The notes under the pieces: model-generated
The model's input: the letters and a program-made list of their open reading frames with translations, nothing else
Database searches by the model: none
What the model was told of the DNA's origin: nothing
Shown here: piece by piece, positions 29,789 through 39,123 of the stretch
How positions within the stretch are numbered: the first letter of the stretch is position 1
Layout of the letters: each line of letters opens with the position of its first letter
Program-made: the position numbers and the translations under genes
Origin: Obrimoposthia wandeli
Taxonomy: Eukaryota
Direction: 5' to 3'
Assembly: GCA_977020255.1 (NCBI GenBank)
Contig: CDROCS010002735.1
Span: 124,001-188,000 of the forward strand
Length of the DNA: 64,000 bases

Positions 29789-30332
29789 CGGTAGCTTTAT
29801 TCGCAAAAAGAAATAAACTCGTATCAAGCGAAATCCCGCTAGAAATGGGCCTTTAGTTTTAGCTTGCAAACAACATTTACCCAACCGTTTAACTCGCCAC
29901 TTATCATGTTGATCTTTTAATTCCTCCTCGGTGAACTCTGTGCCCTGCGTGGTGAAAAAGCCTTTACAATCTATCTACCACCGAGGCCACAGAGGCGCTT
30001 CGCTGCACAGAGAAAATAAAAACTAGTTAAAAACCCAATCTCTAATTAATGAGCCCAAAACAAGTGGAGTATCAGGATGCGCGGTAGTTTTATTCGCAAA
30101 AAGAAATAAACTCGTATCAAGCGAAACCCCGCTCGAAATGGGCCTTTTGCTTGTAACCAATATTTAGCCAACCGTTTAACTCGCCGCTTATCATGTTGAT
30201 CTTTAAATTCCTTCTCGGTGAACTCTGCGCCCTGCGTGGTGAAAAAGCCCTTACAATCTATCTACCACCGAGGTCACAGAGGCGCTTCGCTGCACAGAGA
30301 AAATAAAAACTAGTTAAAAACCCAGTCTCTAA
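29789..30332 (+). repeat. Near-tandem duplication: 29789-30045 and 30082-30332 (about 255 bp each, 36-bp gap)
   Basis: Both start cggtag(c/t)tttattcgcaaaaagaaataaactcg and end actagttaaaaaccca(a/g)tctctaa. Each contains a repeat-R right end and an inverted ctcggtgaactctg / caccgagg..cacagag pair. Confidence 0.9.
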
Positions 30333-30392
30333 CCTTTTCATTACTTCTCGATTCTTCCCTTCCTCTGGGTACTAAAATGGGCATATTGTGTA

Positions 30393-30503
30393 GCTCTAGA
30401 ACGCGACATTTACTAGCGATTATTTCTACCACTGTACTGTATTGCAGAAAATTTATTACAGTGCCACTTAGCTACGAAGTCACAATCCCCTTGGTATTGC
30501 CGC
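30393..30503 (+). repeat. Repeat R left end plus about 70 bp of upstream homology to 23693-23790
   Basis: ctctag..catttacta(a/g)cgatt..tttctacca..tgtatt.cagaaa..acttagctacgaag.cacaatcccc is shared with the 23.7-kb copy. Confidence 0.7.
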
Positions 30504-30574
30504 AAAAACTCTTAAAGAAATTATTGAAGTGCAGCATCAGGCAGGCTTTATGCACCGGGCAAAGTTTAATATTT

Positions 30575-30608
30575 CTCATAACTCATAACTCATAACTCAT
30601 AACTCATA
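30575..30608. repeat. Heptamer tandem repeat (CTCATAA) x about 5
   Basis: Read directly from the sequence. Confidence 0.9.
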
Positions 30609-30624
30609 GCCTGCATTGCCTAAA

Positions 30625-30742
30625 ATTATCGCGTACGCATAAATATAATCGAATACCCCCTTTAAATATCATTATTTATACGATCGCATAAAATTTGCAT
30701 GTTTCACCAAAAACCATGTTAAACTTTATGCATACGCATAAA
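30625..30742. promoter_or_regulatory. Three palindromic operators upstream of hipB (consensus TTTATGCG-N2-CGCATAAA)
   Basis: attatcgcgtacgcataaat (30625-44), tttatacgatcgcataaa (30675-92), tttatgcatacgcataaa (30725-42). Confidence 0.75.
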
Positions 30743-30753
30743 AGGCTATCAAG

Positions 30754-31011
30754 ATGAAAATAACCATTCACGATACTAAACAATTAGGGGCTATTGCTAA
30801 ACACGTTAGACAAGGCCAATCTCTGGATCAAGAAACAGCAGGTTTACTTTCTGGTAATGGTTTGACCTTTATTAGTCAATTTGAAAACGGCAAAGAGTCC
30901 GTTGAAATAGCCAGAGTTTTTAACTTGTTAGCGCAGCTAGGTATTGAATTAGAAATAAAATTGCCTCCCAACCTTAATAGTAAGACGCTGAATAAGATTG
31001 AAAACATATAA
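30754..31011 (+). CDS. hipB: HipB-like HTH_XRE antitoxin
   Basis: LG...R..Q.L.Q...G.....FISQFENGKESVEI..V..LL..LGI, directly upstream of hipA. Confidence 0.85.
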   Translation: MKITIHDTKQLGAIAKHVRQGQSLDQETAGLLSGNGLTFISQFENGKESVEIARVFNLLAQLGIELEIKLPPNLNSKTLNKIENI

Positions 31012-31037
31012 ACTTTACGCTATTGCGGATCAAATAA

Positions 31038-32297
31038 ATGCGCCAACTTAACGTTTACATTAATCAAGACCCTATCGGTTGTTTGAGAGAGGAGAATGAC
31101 ATTTGGTCTTTTCAATACTCTTCGTTTTGGCTTTTTCATCCACAGAATTACCCTTTATCTCCTCACATTCCTTTACAGGAAAGCGCTTTAATAGATGGAT
31201 CTACCCATCGGCACATACAATGGTTTTTTGATAACCTGTTACCAGAAGAAGGCGCTAGAACCCTTTTAGCAAAAGATATTAATATTAACTCAGCGGATTC
31301 GTTTGGTATTTTAAATATTACAGGCTCAGAATCTGCAGGCGCTATAACCTTAGTCGCAAATAAACCGACAGACGACGGCTCAGTTAGTGAGTTAACGGCA
31401 CAGGAACTTAATACGCGTATCGATAACTTACCGAACCTGCCTCTTAACAACACAAAAAGTAAGCGAATGTCGATTGCTGGCGCACAACACAAGATGCTGA
31501 TCGTGATGTATAAGGGTGTCATATACGAACCTAACGGTGCTATGCCCTCAACCCATATTTTAAAGCCACTACACACACAACCTGATATGTATTGGCAGAG
31601 TGTTAGAAATGAATGGTTCGTAATGAGTCTTGCACGCGCTATAGGGTTAGATATCCCAGAGGTGCAAGTGCATTACTTTCCTAATACCACTTACATCATT
31701 GAGCGCTTTGATAGAAAAGGTAGCTACCCTAATCAGTCAAGGCTGCACGCATTGGATGGCTGTCAGTTATTAGGTTTAAGTAAATCGGCAAAATACAGTC
31801 AAAGCACGGTTGCACAGTTAAAAAGCTTTGCTGAAAAAATAACAGCAAAGGGCCAGGCAAAAATAACCATTTTCCGCTGGGTCATTTTTAATGCATTAGT
31901 TGGTAATACTGATGCTCACCTTAAAAATTTAAGCTGCCTATTCAATGAAAACGGGTTAGTGCTCTCACCCATGTACGACCTTTTAAGCACTGCAATCTAC
32001 GAAAAAGCAGGCCAACACTTAAATGCTGAACTATCACAACCCATCGGCAACGCTATCACTTTAGCAGAATTAACCACGGATAATATATTCGAGTTTGCTG
32101 ATGAATTTGGTTTAAATAGAAAAATTGCACGACGTATCTTAGATAGCTTGTTGAATAACATTGAAACCGAAGCTGATAACTTAATTCGCGTTGTAGAAGA
32201 AGTAAAAAATATCCCTTATAAACTAGCTGAACTAAGGATGCTACGTGAGGTACGCTACAATCTAATCGCTGAAATGGTGGCCAAGCTTAAGAGATAA
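31038..32297 (+). CDS. hipA: HipA family Ser/Thr kinase toxin
   Basis: HipA N-terminal coupling domain (WFFDNLLPEE.AR), SIAGAQHK, THILKP, IERFDR, GNTDAHLKN, LSPMYDLL. Confidence 0.92.
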   Translation: MRQLNVYINQDPIGCLREENDIWSFQYSSFWLFHPQNYPLSPHIPLQESALIDGSTHRHIQWFFDNLLPEEGARTLLAKDININSADSFGILNITGSESAGAITLVANKPTDDGSVSELTAQELNTRIDNLPNLPLNNTKSKRMSIAGAQHKMLIVMYKGVIYEPNGAMPSTHILKPLHTQPDMYWQSVRNEWFVMSLARAIGLDIPEVQVHYFPNTTYIIERFDRKGSYPNQSRLHALDGCQLLGLSKSAKYSQSTVAQLKSFAEKITAKGQAKITIFRWVIFNALVGNTDAHLKNLSCLFNENGLVLSPMYDLLSTAIYEKAGQHLNAELSQPIGNAITLAELTTDNIFEFADEFGLNRKIARRILDSLLNNIETEADNLIRVVEEVKNIPYKLAELRMLREVRYNLIAEMVAKLKR

Positions 32298-32313
32298 ATT
32301 AAAACCTAGGTCC

Positions 32314-32334
32314 ATAGGGACATAGTAAATTGAT
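32314..32334 (+). repeat. Distal copy of the RAYT-flanking REP-like motif
   Basis: atagggacatagtaaattgat versus atagggtcagagtaaattgat (2 mismatches in 21). Confidence 0.55.
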
Positions 32335-32513
32335 GTCGTAACTTTCTAGAAGTACTCTGAGATTTAATGACCAGGAAAACAAGACAACTAATTTCATATT
32401 GATATAGCACACTTAGTAACGATCAAGAGGCATCGCTTAAGCTGCGCCCAGAGCTAAGGGTTATGGATTAAACAAATTTTATGGATGCTTTTAAAATAAT
32501 GTGTTTTATTACA

Positions 32514-32547
32514 TCGTCATTCAATCGTCACATTTTCAATTTATCCT
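32514..32547 (+). promoter_or_regulatory. Pho box plus -10 upstream of phoX
   Basis: TCGTCAT-tcaa-TCGTCAC (11-bp period, similar to CTGTCAT-N4-CTGTCAC), then TATCCT 10 bp downstream. Confidence 0.62.
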
Positions 32548-32582
32548 CCCTATAACAATCCCACTTATAAGAGGAAACCTCA

Positions 32583-34475
32583 ATGACAAACCTGACAAAA
32601 ACAGCTGAGCAAAATGTTTCTTTATCCGATAACACAGCAACAGATAATGATTTTTCATCTATTGCTGACCGAGCTATTTCACGCCGTCATTTTTTATCGG
32701 GCAGTGTGGCTATTGGCGCATCTGCTTTCGTGATGGGCGCCGCAGGTATGCTGACCACTAATATAGCCAAGGCTAGTAGCAGCCGTTTCGGTTTTACACC
32801 TGTTGCCACCAATTCACTAGATACAGTCACTGTCCCTGAAAATTATAACTGGCAAGTTGTCACTAGCTGGGGTGACCCTCTGTGGTCAAAAGGTGCTGAG
32901 TTCGATCACGCATCACGTGGCACGGGTGCCAGCCAAGAACTTGCTTTTGGTGATAACAATGACGGCATGTCACTTTTTTCTAAAGATAATGATCATATTT
33001 TAGTGGTCAATAATGAATACGTTAACCGCAGCATATTTCATGGTAACCGCGCGACCGGTGTACCTGAAAACGCTGATGATGTGCGTAAAAGTAAAGCCGG
33101 TCATGGTATTTCTGTGGTGCAAATTGAACACACAGACGGACACTGGAATGTCATCAAAGATGCACCATATAACCGTCGTATTACCGCCGATACCCCGATG
33201 GAAATTACCGGGCCTGCCCGCGCTCACGCTTGGTTAAAAACAGCAGCAGATCCCGAGGGCGTGCTAGCGCTAGGTACCTTTAATAACTGTGGCAACGGGC
33301 GCACTCCCTGGGGTACTTATTTAGCCTGTGAAGAGAACTTCAATGGTAACTTTGGCAGCAGCGATGCCGAATTCTCACGCTCAGCTGCGATGAAACGCTA
33401 CGGCATCAAAAACAAAGATCGTGGTTATGGCTGGTATAAAGAAGATGCACGCTTTGATATCAGCAAAAACCCCAATGAGCCAAACCGCTTCGGTTATATC
33501 GTTGAAATTGACCCTATGGATCCTAAATCAACTCCTAAAAAGCGCACGGCTTTAGGTCGCTTTAAGCATGAAAATGCCGAAGTAGTGCTCGCAGCCAATG
33601 GCCATGTAGTGGTGTATATGGGCGATGATGAACGCGGTGAGTTTCTGTATCGTTTTGTCAGCCATAATCGTTATGTAGAAGGGGGAGATAATAGTAATTT
33701 ACTCGAAGACGGCGACCTTTATGTGGCGCGCTTCAATGATGATTTCAGTGGCCAGTGGCTGGCATTAACCCCTGCAACCACTGGTATGAAATCACAAGCT
33801 GAAATATCTATCCATACCCGCCAAGCAGCCTCGGCTGTTAAGGCAACCACCATGGATCGCCCTGAATGGGTGGCGGCTAACCCGGTTAAAAACGAAGTGT
33901 ATTGCTGCCTAACTAACAACAAAAATCGTGCGGTTAAACCCAATGCCGGTGGCGATGCAACCCCCACAGGTGGCCCCAACCCGCGTAAAGCGAATAATTA
34001 TGGCCAAATTGTACGCTGGACGCCACAAGATGAAGATCACACAGCCAGCACTTTCAAATGGGATTTATTTGTAGTGGCGGGCAACCCCAGTGTACACAAC
34101 AATGCCTATGCAGGATCTGACAATATTAACCTGCAAAATATGTTTAACTCCCCAGATGGTTTAGCCTTTGATGATAAAGGTATGCTATGGATACAAACTG
34201 ATGGCAAATATAGCAACAAAGATGATTACGCAGGGATGGGCAACAATCAGATGTTGGTTGGCGATCCAGATACCGGTGAAATTCAACGCTTTTTGGTGGG
34301 GCCTAAAGAATGTGAAGTTACTGGTATTTGTTGGAGTGGTGATCGCAGAACACTGTTTGTTGGCATTCAACACCCAGGCGAAAAAGGCAACAGCCATTTC
34401 CCCGGCGGTGGTGATACCGTGCCACGCTCTTCTGTGATTGCGATTAGCCGTGATGATGGCGGGTTGATTGGTTAA
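32583..34475 (+). CDS. phoX: PhoX family alkaline phosphatase, Tat-exported
   Basis: SRRHFL twin-arginine signal, G.NNDGM, VNNEY, NCGNG.TPWGTYL.CEENF, GRFKHE, PDGL.FD..G.LWIQTDG, IQHPGE. Confidence 0.95.
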   Translation: MTNLTKTAEQNVSLSDNTATDNDFSSIADRAISRRHFLSGSVAIGASAFVMGAAGMLTTNIAKASSSRFGFTPVATNSLDTVTVPENYNWQVVTSWGDPLWSKGAEFDHASRGTGASQELAFGDNNDGMSLFSKDNDHILVVNNEYVNRSIFHGNRATGVPENADDVRKSKAGHGISVVQIEHTDGHWNVIKDAPYNRRITADTPMEITGPARAHAWLKTAADPEGVLALGTFNNCGNGRTPWGTYLACEENFNGNFGSSDAEFSRSAAMKRYGIKNKDRGYGWYKEDARFDISKNPNEPNRFGYIVEIDPMDPKSTPKKRTALGRFKHENAEVVLAANGHVVVYMGDDERGEFLYRFVSHNRYVEGGDNSNLLEDGDLYVARFNDDFSGQWLALTPATTGMKSQAEISIHTRQAASAVKATTMDRPEWVAANPVKNEVYCCLTNNKNRAVKPNAGGDATPTGGPNPRKANNYGQIVRWTPQDEDHTASTFKWDLFVVAGNPSVHNNAYAGSDNINLQNMFNSPDGLAFDDKGMLWIQTDGKYSNKDDYAGMGNNQMLVGDPDTGEIQRFLVGPKECEVTGICWSGDRRTLFVGIQHPGEKGNSHFPGGGDTVPRSSVIAISRDDGGLIG

Positions 34476-34556
34476 ATTGATGATTTAGATAAATAGCTTA
34501 TATAGATGGATTAGGTAAATGAATTAAATAGCTGATTTATATTTAAAAAGAATGTT

Positions 34557-34580
34557 AACAGGGGCTTGGCCCCTGTTTTG
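34557..34580 (+). terminator. Intrinsic terminator after phoX
   Basis: aacaggggc-ttg-gcccctgtt followed by T residues. Confidence 0.75.
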
Positions 34581-34710
34581 CTTGTTTCCTATTTTCAAGA
34601 TAGCAGCAGCGAGCCAGCGCTTTTAAATCGACCCTGTAAATCCGCTGCTTGTGACATTAACCTATAACGCTCAAGGCATTATTTAGCATTCAAATACTGA
34701 TCAAAATCTT

Positions 34711-35457
34711 TTAATCAAGGCCCGTTATCATAGCCACTATTTCATTTTTATCGGTATTTTTAGTTTCTCTGATGCCTATCTGCTTGCCTCTTCTAAGTAT
34801 GCAAATACGATCGGATAAGCGAAATACTTGATCCAAGCTGTGGCTAATGATGAGTATTGCTAGGTTTTTCTCTTTTAAAGTTTGAATGGTGTTTTCTACT
34901 TTAGCTGTTTCGGCAACACCTAAGGCGGCGGTCGGTTCATCTAGCAAAATCAGTTTTTTTGCCCAATGTGAGGCGCGTGCAATAGCGACTCCCTGGCGCT
35001 GCCCACCCGATAAATCCCGAATAATGGCATTAGGTGAAGGAATTCTAACATCGAGTTCATCAACTAATGTTTGAGTTTGTTTTATCATTTCCTGCCTATC
35101 TAGCTTATTAAATACTCCCTTGGTAAGCTCACGGCCTAAAAATAAATTCATATAAACCGGTTGCTGATCGACTAACGCTAAATCTTGATAAACAACTTCA
35201 ACACCTACTTCTCTTGCTACGCTGGCATCCGCAAATTCACGCTGCTGGCCATCCACTTTCAGCACCCCTTTTGACGGTTGGTATACTCCCGAAATAATCT
35301 TAATTAAAGTTGATTTCCCCGCCCCGTTATCACCCACTAACGCAACCACTTCGCCTGCGCTAACCTCTAGCGAAAAGTTTTCTACAGCCATTACGCCACC
35401 AAATTGCATTTGGATATTTTGTAGCTCTAGTACAGGTTTACTCGATACATTATTCAT
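34711..35457 (-). CDS. Sugar ABC transporter (CUT2) single-domain ATP-binding protein
   Basis: GDNGAGKST, VYQDLAL, LSGGQRQ, LDEPTAALGV. Confidence 0.93.
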   Translation of the reverse strand: MNNVSSKPVLELQNIQMQFGGVMAVENFSLEVSAGEVVALVGDNGAGKSTLIKIISGVYQPSKGVLKVDGQQREFADASVAREVGVEVVYQDLALVDQQPVYMNLFLGRELTKGVFNKLDRQEMIKQTQTLVDELDVRIPSPNAIIRDLSGGQRQGVAIARASHWAKKLILLDEPTAALGVAETAKVENTIQTLKEKNLAILIISHSLDQVFRLSDRICILRRGKQIGIRETKNTDKNEIVAMITGLD

Positions 35458-36682
35458 AGGGCGTTCCCTGTAAAGGCTTTTCCATTAAAGGCCACGCAAC
35501 GGTATCACCAAAGCAGTTCTCGATTTTATTCACGGTTGGGTTTCCACTGTTTAAACCGCTAATACCCACAATGTTGGCGCGTGTAACAAAGGCTTGCCCG
35601 CGAAAACCAAACACCACACTATCCCCTGGCGCTATTTTATTGCTAGCGGCATCTTTTATCATTGCATAATAATCAATAGCGGATGGTGCGGGTATTTCCA
35701 CACTTGCTAAAGTTGTATCATCACAATTAGCTTCTGCGCTGACCACTGCTTGCACTTGATAGTTATTAAACACAGGATCAACATACAAACCTCCACCAAA
35801 ACAGTAGGCAGTATCCGCATGTATGTGTGATACCTCTGATAAGTAGACTACGGCAGGTATTTCAGGTAAATCTTGTACAGCGTGTAAAGGCGTAGTGCCA
35901 TGTAATGCATTACCAGGTTCACACTGGGTCGCTCCTGCATTCGCCAATATAGGTAACACTGATACTGAGGTAGTACCCGGAGCATTCACTTGTACATCTT
36001 TGATGCCTGCTGCGGATAAAGCTTGTGCCGCATTTTCCAAGGTTGTTAGGTTAGCAGTGCTTTTCACTTGTTGACTAACAGGGTCAAACAGCAAAGCCGG
36101 GAAAGTGGTAATGCCAGCAAAACGAGCACCTGCCAATTGGTTGATTTCATTGGCTACCTCAACGACGGTGCTTGCCGCAAAACCACCTTCGTGGCCGCGA
36201 TAAAACGTATCTGCTGGTGCGTGAATACGTGCTAGTATTTTTTGCTCTCTCCCCGCTTTAACACTTACAGCTGCGGCCTCTTGCGCTTTTTGATGACTAA
36301 ATACACTCCAGTAATCCGGTTTTAGTACGCGCGCTGCAAATTCCGCTTCAAAGCGAGGTACTTGTACTAAATGCCCTAAATGCGCAATCTCTAAACCCGC
36401 TTTGAAACAAGCGCTGGCACAGGCCATATCAACCGCGACCACTTGATTGAGTCCGCCCTTTTTTAGCGCTTCACAAAAACCTGAATGCCTGCCCACTTGT
36501 TTGGTCATTGCAAATGTTTTCAAACCCAGTTTATCTGCCTCTGCTTTAAACAGCACTGCATTATCGGTGACTGCGTCTAAATCAATCACATAACTATTAG
36601 CGGGGATTTTTCCTTCTTGGTGTAAGGCAATTGCCGCTTTAATCAATTGGGGGTTACGCCTGCGTAATAAATCCAAAAACAT
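35450..36682 (-). CDS. YhfX-like PLP-dependent enzyme (alanine racemase fold)
   Basis: N..LI..A..LHQ.G.IP.N.YVIDLD, FAMTKQ.GR (PLP Lys), HLGHLVQ.P, EPGNALHGTTP. Confidence 0.85.
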   Translation of the reverse strand: MFLDLLRRRNPQLIKAAIALHQEGKIPANSYVIDLDAVTDNAVLFKAEADKLGLKTFAMTKQVGRHSGFCEALKKGGLNQVVAVDMACASACFKAGLEIAHLGHLVQVPRFEAEFAARVLKPDYWSVFSHQKAQEAAAVSVKAGREQKILARIHAPADTFYRGHEGGFAASTVVEVANEINQLAGARFAGITTFPALLFDPVSQQVKSTANLTTLENAAQALSAAGIKDVQVNAPGTTSVSVLPILANAGATQCEPGNALHGTTPLHAVQDLPEIPAVVYLSEVSHIHADTAYCFGGGLYVDPVFNNYQVQAVVSAEANCDDTTLASVEIPAPSAIDYYAMIKDAASNKIAPGDSVVFGFRGQAFVTRANIVGISGLNSGNPTVNKIENCFGDTVAWPLMEKPLQGTPYE

Positions 36683-36709
36683 CGTTTTGACTCCTGTAAA
36701 TAAAGATGA

Positions 36710-37702
36710 TTAATGGCGGGTGTCACGCAATGACAAAGCCACTGCGATTAAAATGATAAAGCCGCGCACAACCATTTGATCGGAAACAGATAATCCCATC
36801 AAAATTAAACCATTATTGAGCATACCCATTAACAAAGAGCCCGCTAGTGCCCCGATGATTGTGCCTTTACCGCCGCTGAGTAAGGTACCCCCGACAATCA
36901 CAGCTGCAATCACTGTCATTAAATCTGCTTCACCTAAGGTATAACGAGCCCCCTGCAAGCGCCCAGCATATAAAAGCCCTGCCAGTGCTGCGCAAAAGCC
37001 AGAGAGCATAAGTACCGATAACCTCACTCTTAAAACTTTTATACCTGCAACACTTGCCGCTCTTGCGTTATCGCCTAACGCGAGCACATGTGCCCCATAT
37101 CTGCTTTCTCTAAAAACTAAGTGACCAATAATGACCGCGCCGACAGTCCAATAAACCAGTGATGGAATACCAAACAGGGAACCCGAGCCAAAAATGCTGG
37201 CAAACGTTGAATCTAGCACGGGTACTGAGCGTAAATTGGTCAACATTCTAGCCACACCCGCAAATAAACCCATTGTCGCTAAAGTAACTAAAAAAGAAGG
37301 CAGCCTTAAATAGGCAACCAATATTCCATTAAATAACCCTATGCCCAAACCACAGCCTAAACCAGCTAGGACACCGACTACCATTGAATATTCATTCATC
37401 ATCAACGTGCCGACTAAAGCCGAGACGGCAACAATAGAACCAAATGATAAGTCGATTTCTCCGGCACTTAATACAAACACTAACCCAATCGCCATAATAG
37501 TGATTGGCGCGGTTTGCAATACAATGTTGGTTAAGTTACGGCTAGTTAAAAAGCCGTCATCTTTTAGAACAATGGCAAAAAACAAAAATATAAGTAAAAA
37601 GCCAATATAAACAACATACTGCTTAATGTTTAAACGATTTGCTAACAAAGCGAGTTGATTCATGATGACAAGCATCTCCAATCTAAGATAGGTGCTATTC
37701 AA
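36710..37702 (-). CDS. Sugar ABC transporter permease (RbsC family)
   Basis: GEIDLS.G, LPSF.VTL, A.GDN..AA..AGI, I.AVIVGG..L.GGKG. The true start may be a few codons downstream. Confidence 0.92.
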   Translation of the reverse strand: MNSTYLRLEMLVIMNQLALLANRLNIKQYVVYIGFLLIFLFFAIVLKDDGFLTSRNLTNIVLQTAPITIMAIGLVFVLSAGEIDLSFGSIVAVSALVGTLMMNEYSMVVGVLAGLGCGLGIGLFNGILVAYLRLPSFLVTLATMGLFAGVARMLTNLRSVPVLDSTFASIFGSGSLFGIPSLVYWTVGAVIIGHLVFRESRYGAHVLALGDNARAASVAGIKVLRVRLSVLMLSGFCAALAGLLYAGRLQGARYTLGEADLMTVIAAVIVGGTLLSGGKGTIIGALAGSLLMGMLNNGLILMGLSVSDQMVVRGFIILIAVALSLRDTRH

Positions 37703-37871
37703 GTTTGTGGATTTATACTAACAAGTAGCTTCAAGCGCTAATGACTGCCAAGTGTTGGATGGTTAAACTAGCCAACCATTAGCGTTTTACGTAGCCAAGA
37801 TGGATAGTGTTATTAGCAACAATCCATCTTTAGTACATGTGACTTGACCTTTAAACTAGTCAATAATTTAG

Positions 37872-38921
37872 CTACTTTAATAGCGATTTAGGTAACTCGC
37901 GATGTAGAGATCTCATCCAGCCTTGTGCAATGTTATCCGCCGTTACCGTAATTGCAGGTGCGACAATGAAAGCGGGTGTATCGAGCCCTGCTAGTGCTCT
38001 AGCTCCGGCGGCTGCCATTACCCGCCCAAGTTCATAAGCTTCGTCGGCAACAATACCGGTGACATTACCTTTTCTAATCATATCTAAAGCGATAGGTTCA
38101 GATAAATCGAGGGTGACCACTTTCGTGGTTTTATTACCGTTTGCTCTTAAAGCAGAGAGCACGCCTTCAGCAGGGCCTGCCCAAGTGACATAAATGCCTG
38201 CAAGATCAGGATTTTTTAATAACATGGCATTGGCGATTTCTTCGGCTCTGGCAGGATCACTAATACCTTGTTGCGCGACTATCTTAATATTTGGATAGTT
38301 GCTTTCTATGGTGCTTTTAAATGCATTGTCACGTTGGTTGGTGACGTAGTAATTTGCATCGTGAAAAATATAGCCAATCTCCCCCTTAGCCTGAATAGCC
38401 GTGGCTAATTGATCGGCAGCTTGCTTACCCATTTGAAATAAGTCATCAGTAACAATCGCAGCATAGTCTGTTTTATGCTGGTAATCTTTAGGTACATTTG
38501 ACAGGAACACCAATTTCACACCCGTGCTAATTGCTTCTTTAAAGGCGGCAGCTGAAGTGACAGGATCAAGAGGCAGCGCCAATATAATATTGGGCTTTTT
38601 AGTTAGCGCTGTTTCAATATCGCTTCTTTGCTTAGCGGCGTCAAAACCCGCACTGGCGGTTGCGACAACCTTTATACCTAACCGTTTAAACTCCGCCGTT
38701 GCTCCCTCAGTAACCGCGTTTACAAAATCTGATTGCTCATGCCACAGCAGTGCAGCACTGTAATTGCCAGCTTTTAGGGTTGCCAAAGCGCTTTGTGGAA
38801 CGCTCACTTGTGATGAAATAGTCGCTTGCTCTCCATTGGGTCCAACGGTTTGAGAGTATGCGGGGCTGTGTATTAACATTGCTGAGATAATACTAGTAAG
38901 AACCATTTTTTTTATTTTCAT
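37872..38921 (-). CDS. Sugar ABC transporter periplasmic binding protein
   Basis: Signal peptide (HSPAYS-QT) and class I periplasmic binding protein patterns (TDD...G..AA, R...F). Confidence 0.9.
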   Translation of the reverse strand: MKIKKMVLTSIISAMLIHSPAYSQTVGPNGEQATISSQVSVPQSALATLKAGNYSAALLWHEQSDFVNAVTEGATAEFKRLGIKVVATASAGFDAAKQRSDIETALTKKPNIILALPLDPVTSAAAFKEAISTGVKLVFLSNVPKDYQHKTDYAAIVTDDLFQMGKQAADQLATAIQAKGEIGYIFHDANYYVTNQRDNAFKSTIESNYPNIKIVAQQGISDPARAEEIANAMLLKNPDLAGIYVTWAGPAEGVLSALRANGNKTTKVVTLDLSEPIALDMIRKGNVTGIVADEAYELGRVMAAAGARALAGLDTPAFIVAPAITVTADNIAQGWMRSLHRELPKSLLK

Positions 38922-39123
38922 TTTACTACCTTCTATTTTTTCATTACTTTCATATAGAAATTGATGCGTAAGACACTGTAATAGGAAGTCGTAAAATCAC
39001 TGCACTCAATAATAGGACGTTAAAAACAGGCTCATTTACACCCATCTACAAAGGGGCACAGACACCGCTATTTCGCCGATTATTATAGTTGGCTACTTTT
39101 TACGAAAACCTCCTAAGTTACTG

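Noticed and set aside
29789-30332. Possible CRISPR array (repeat, 36-bp spacer, repeat)
   Set aside because: The repeats are about 255 bp, there are only two units, and there are no cas genes.
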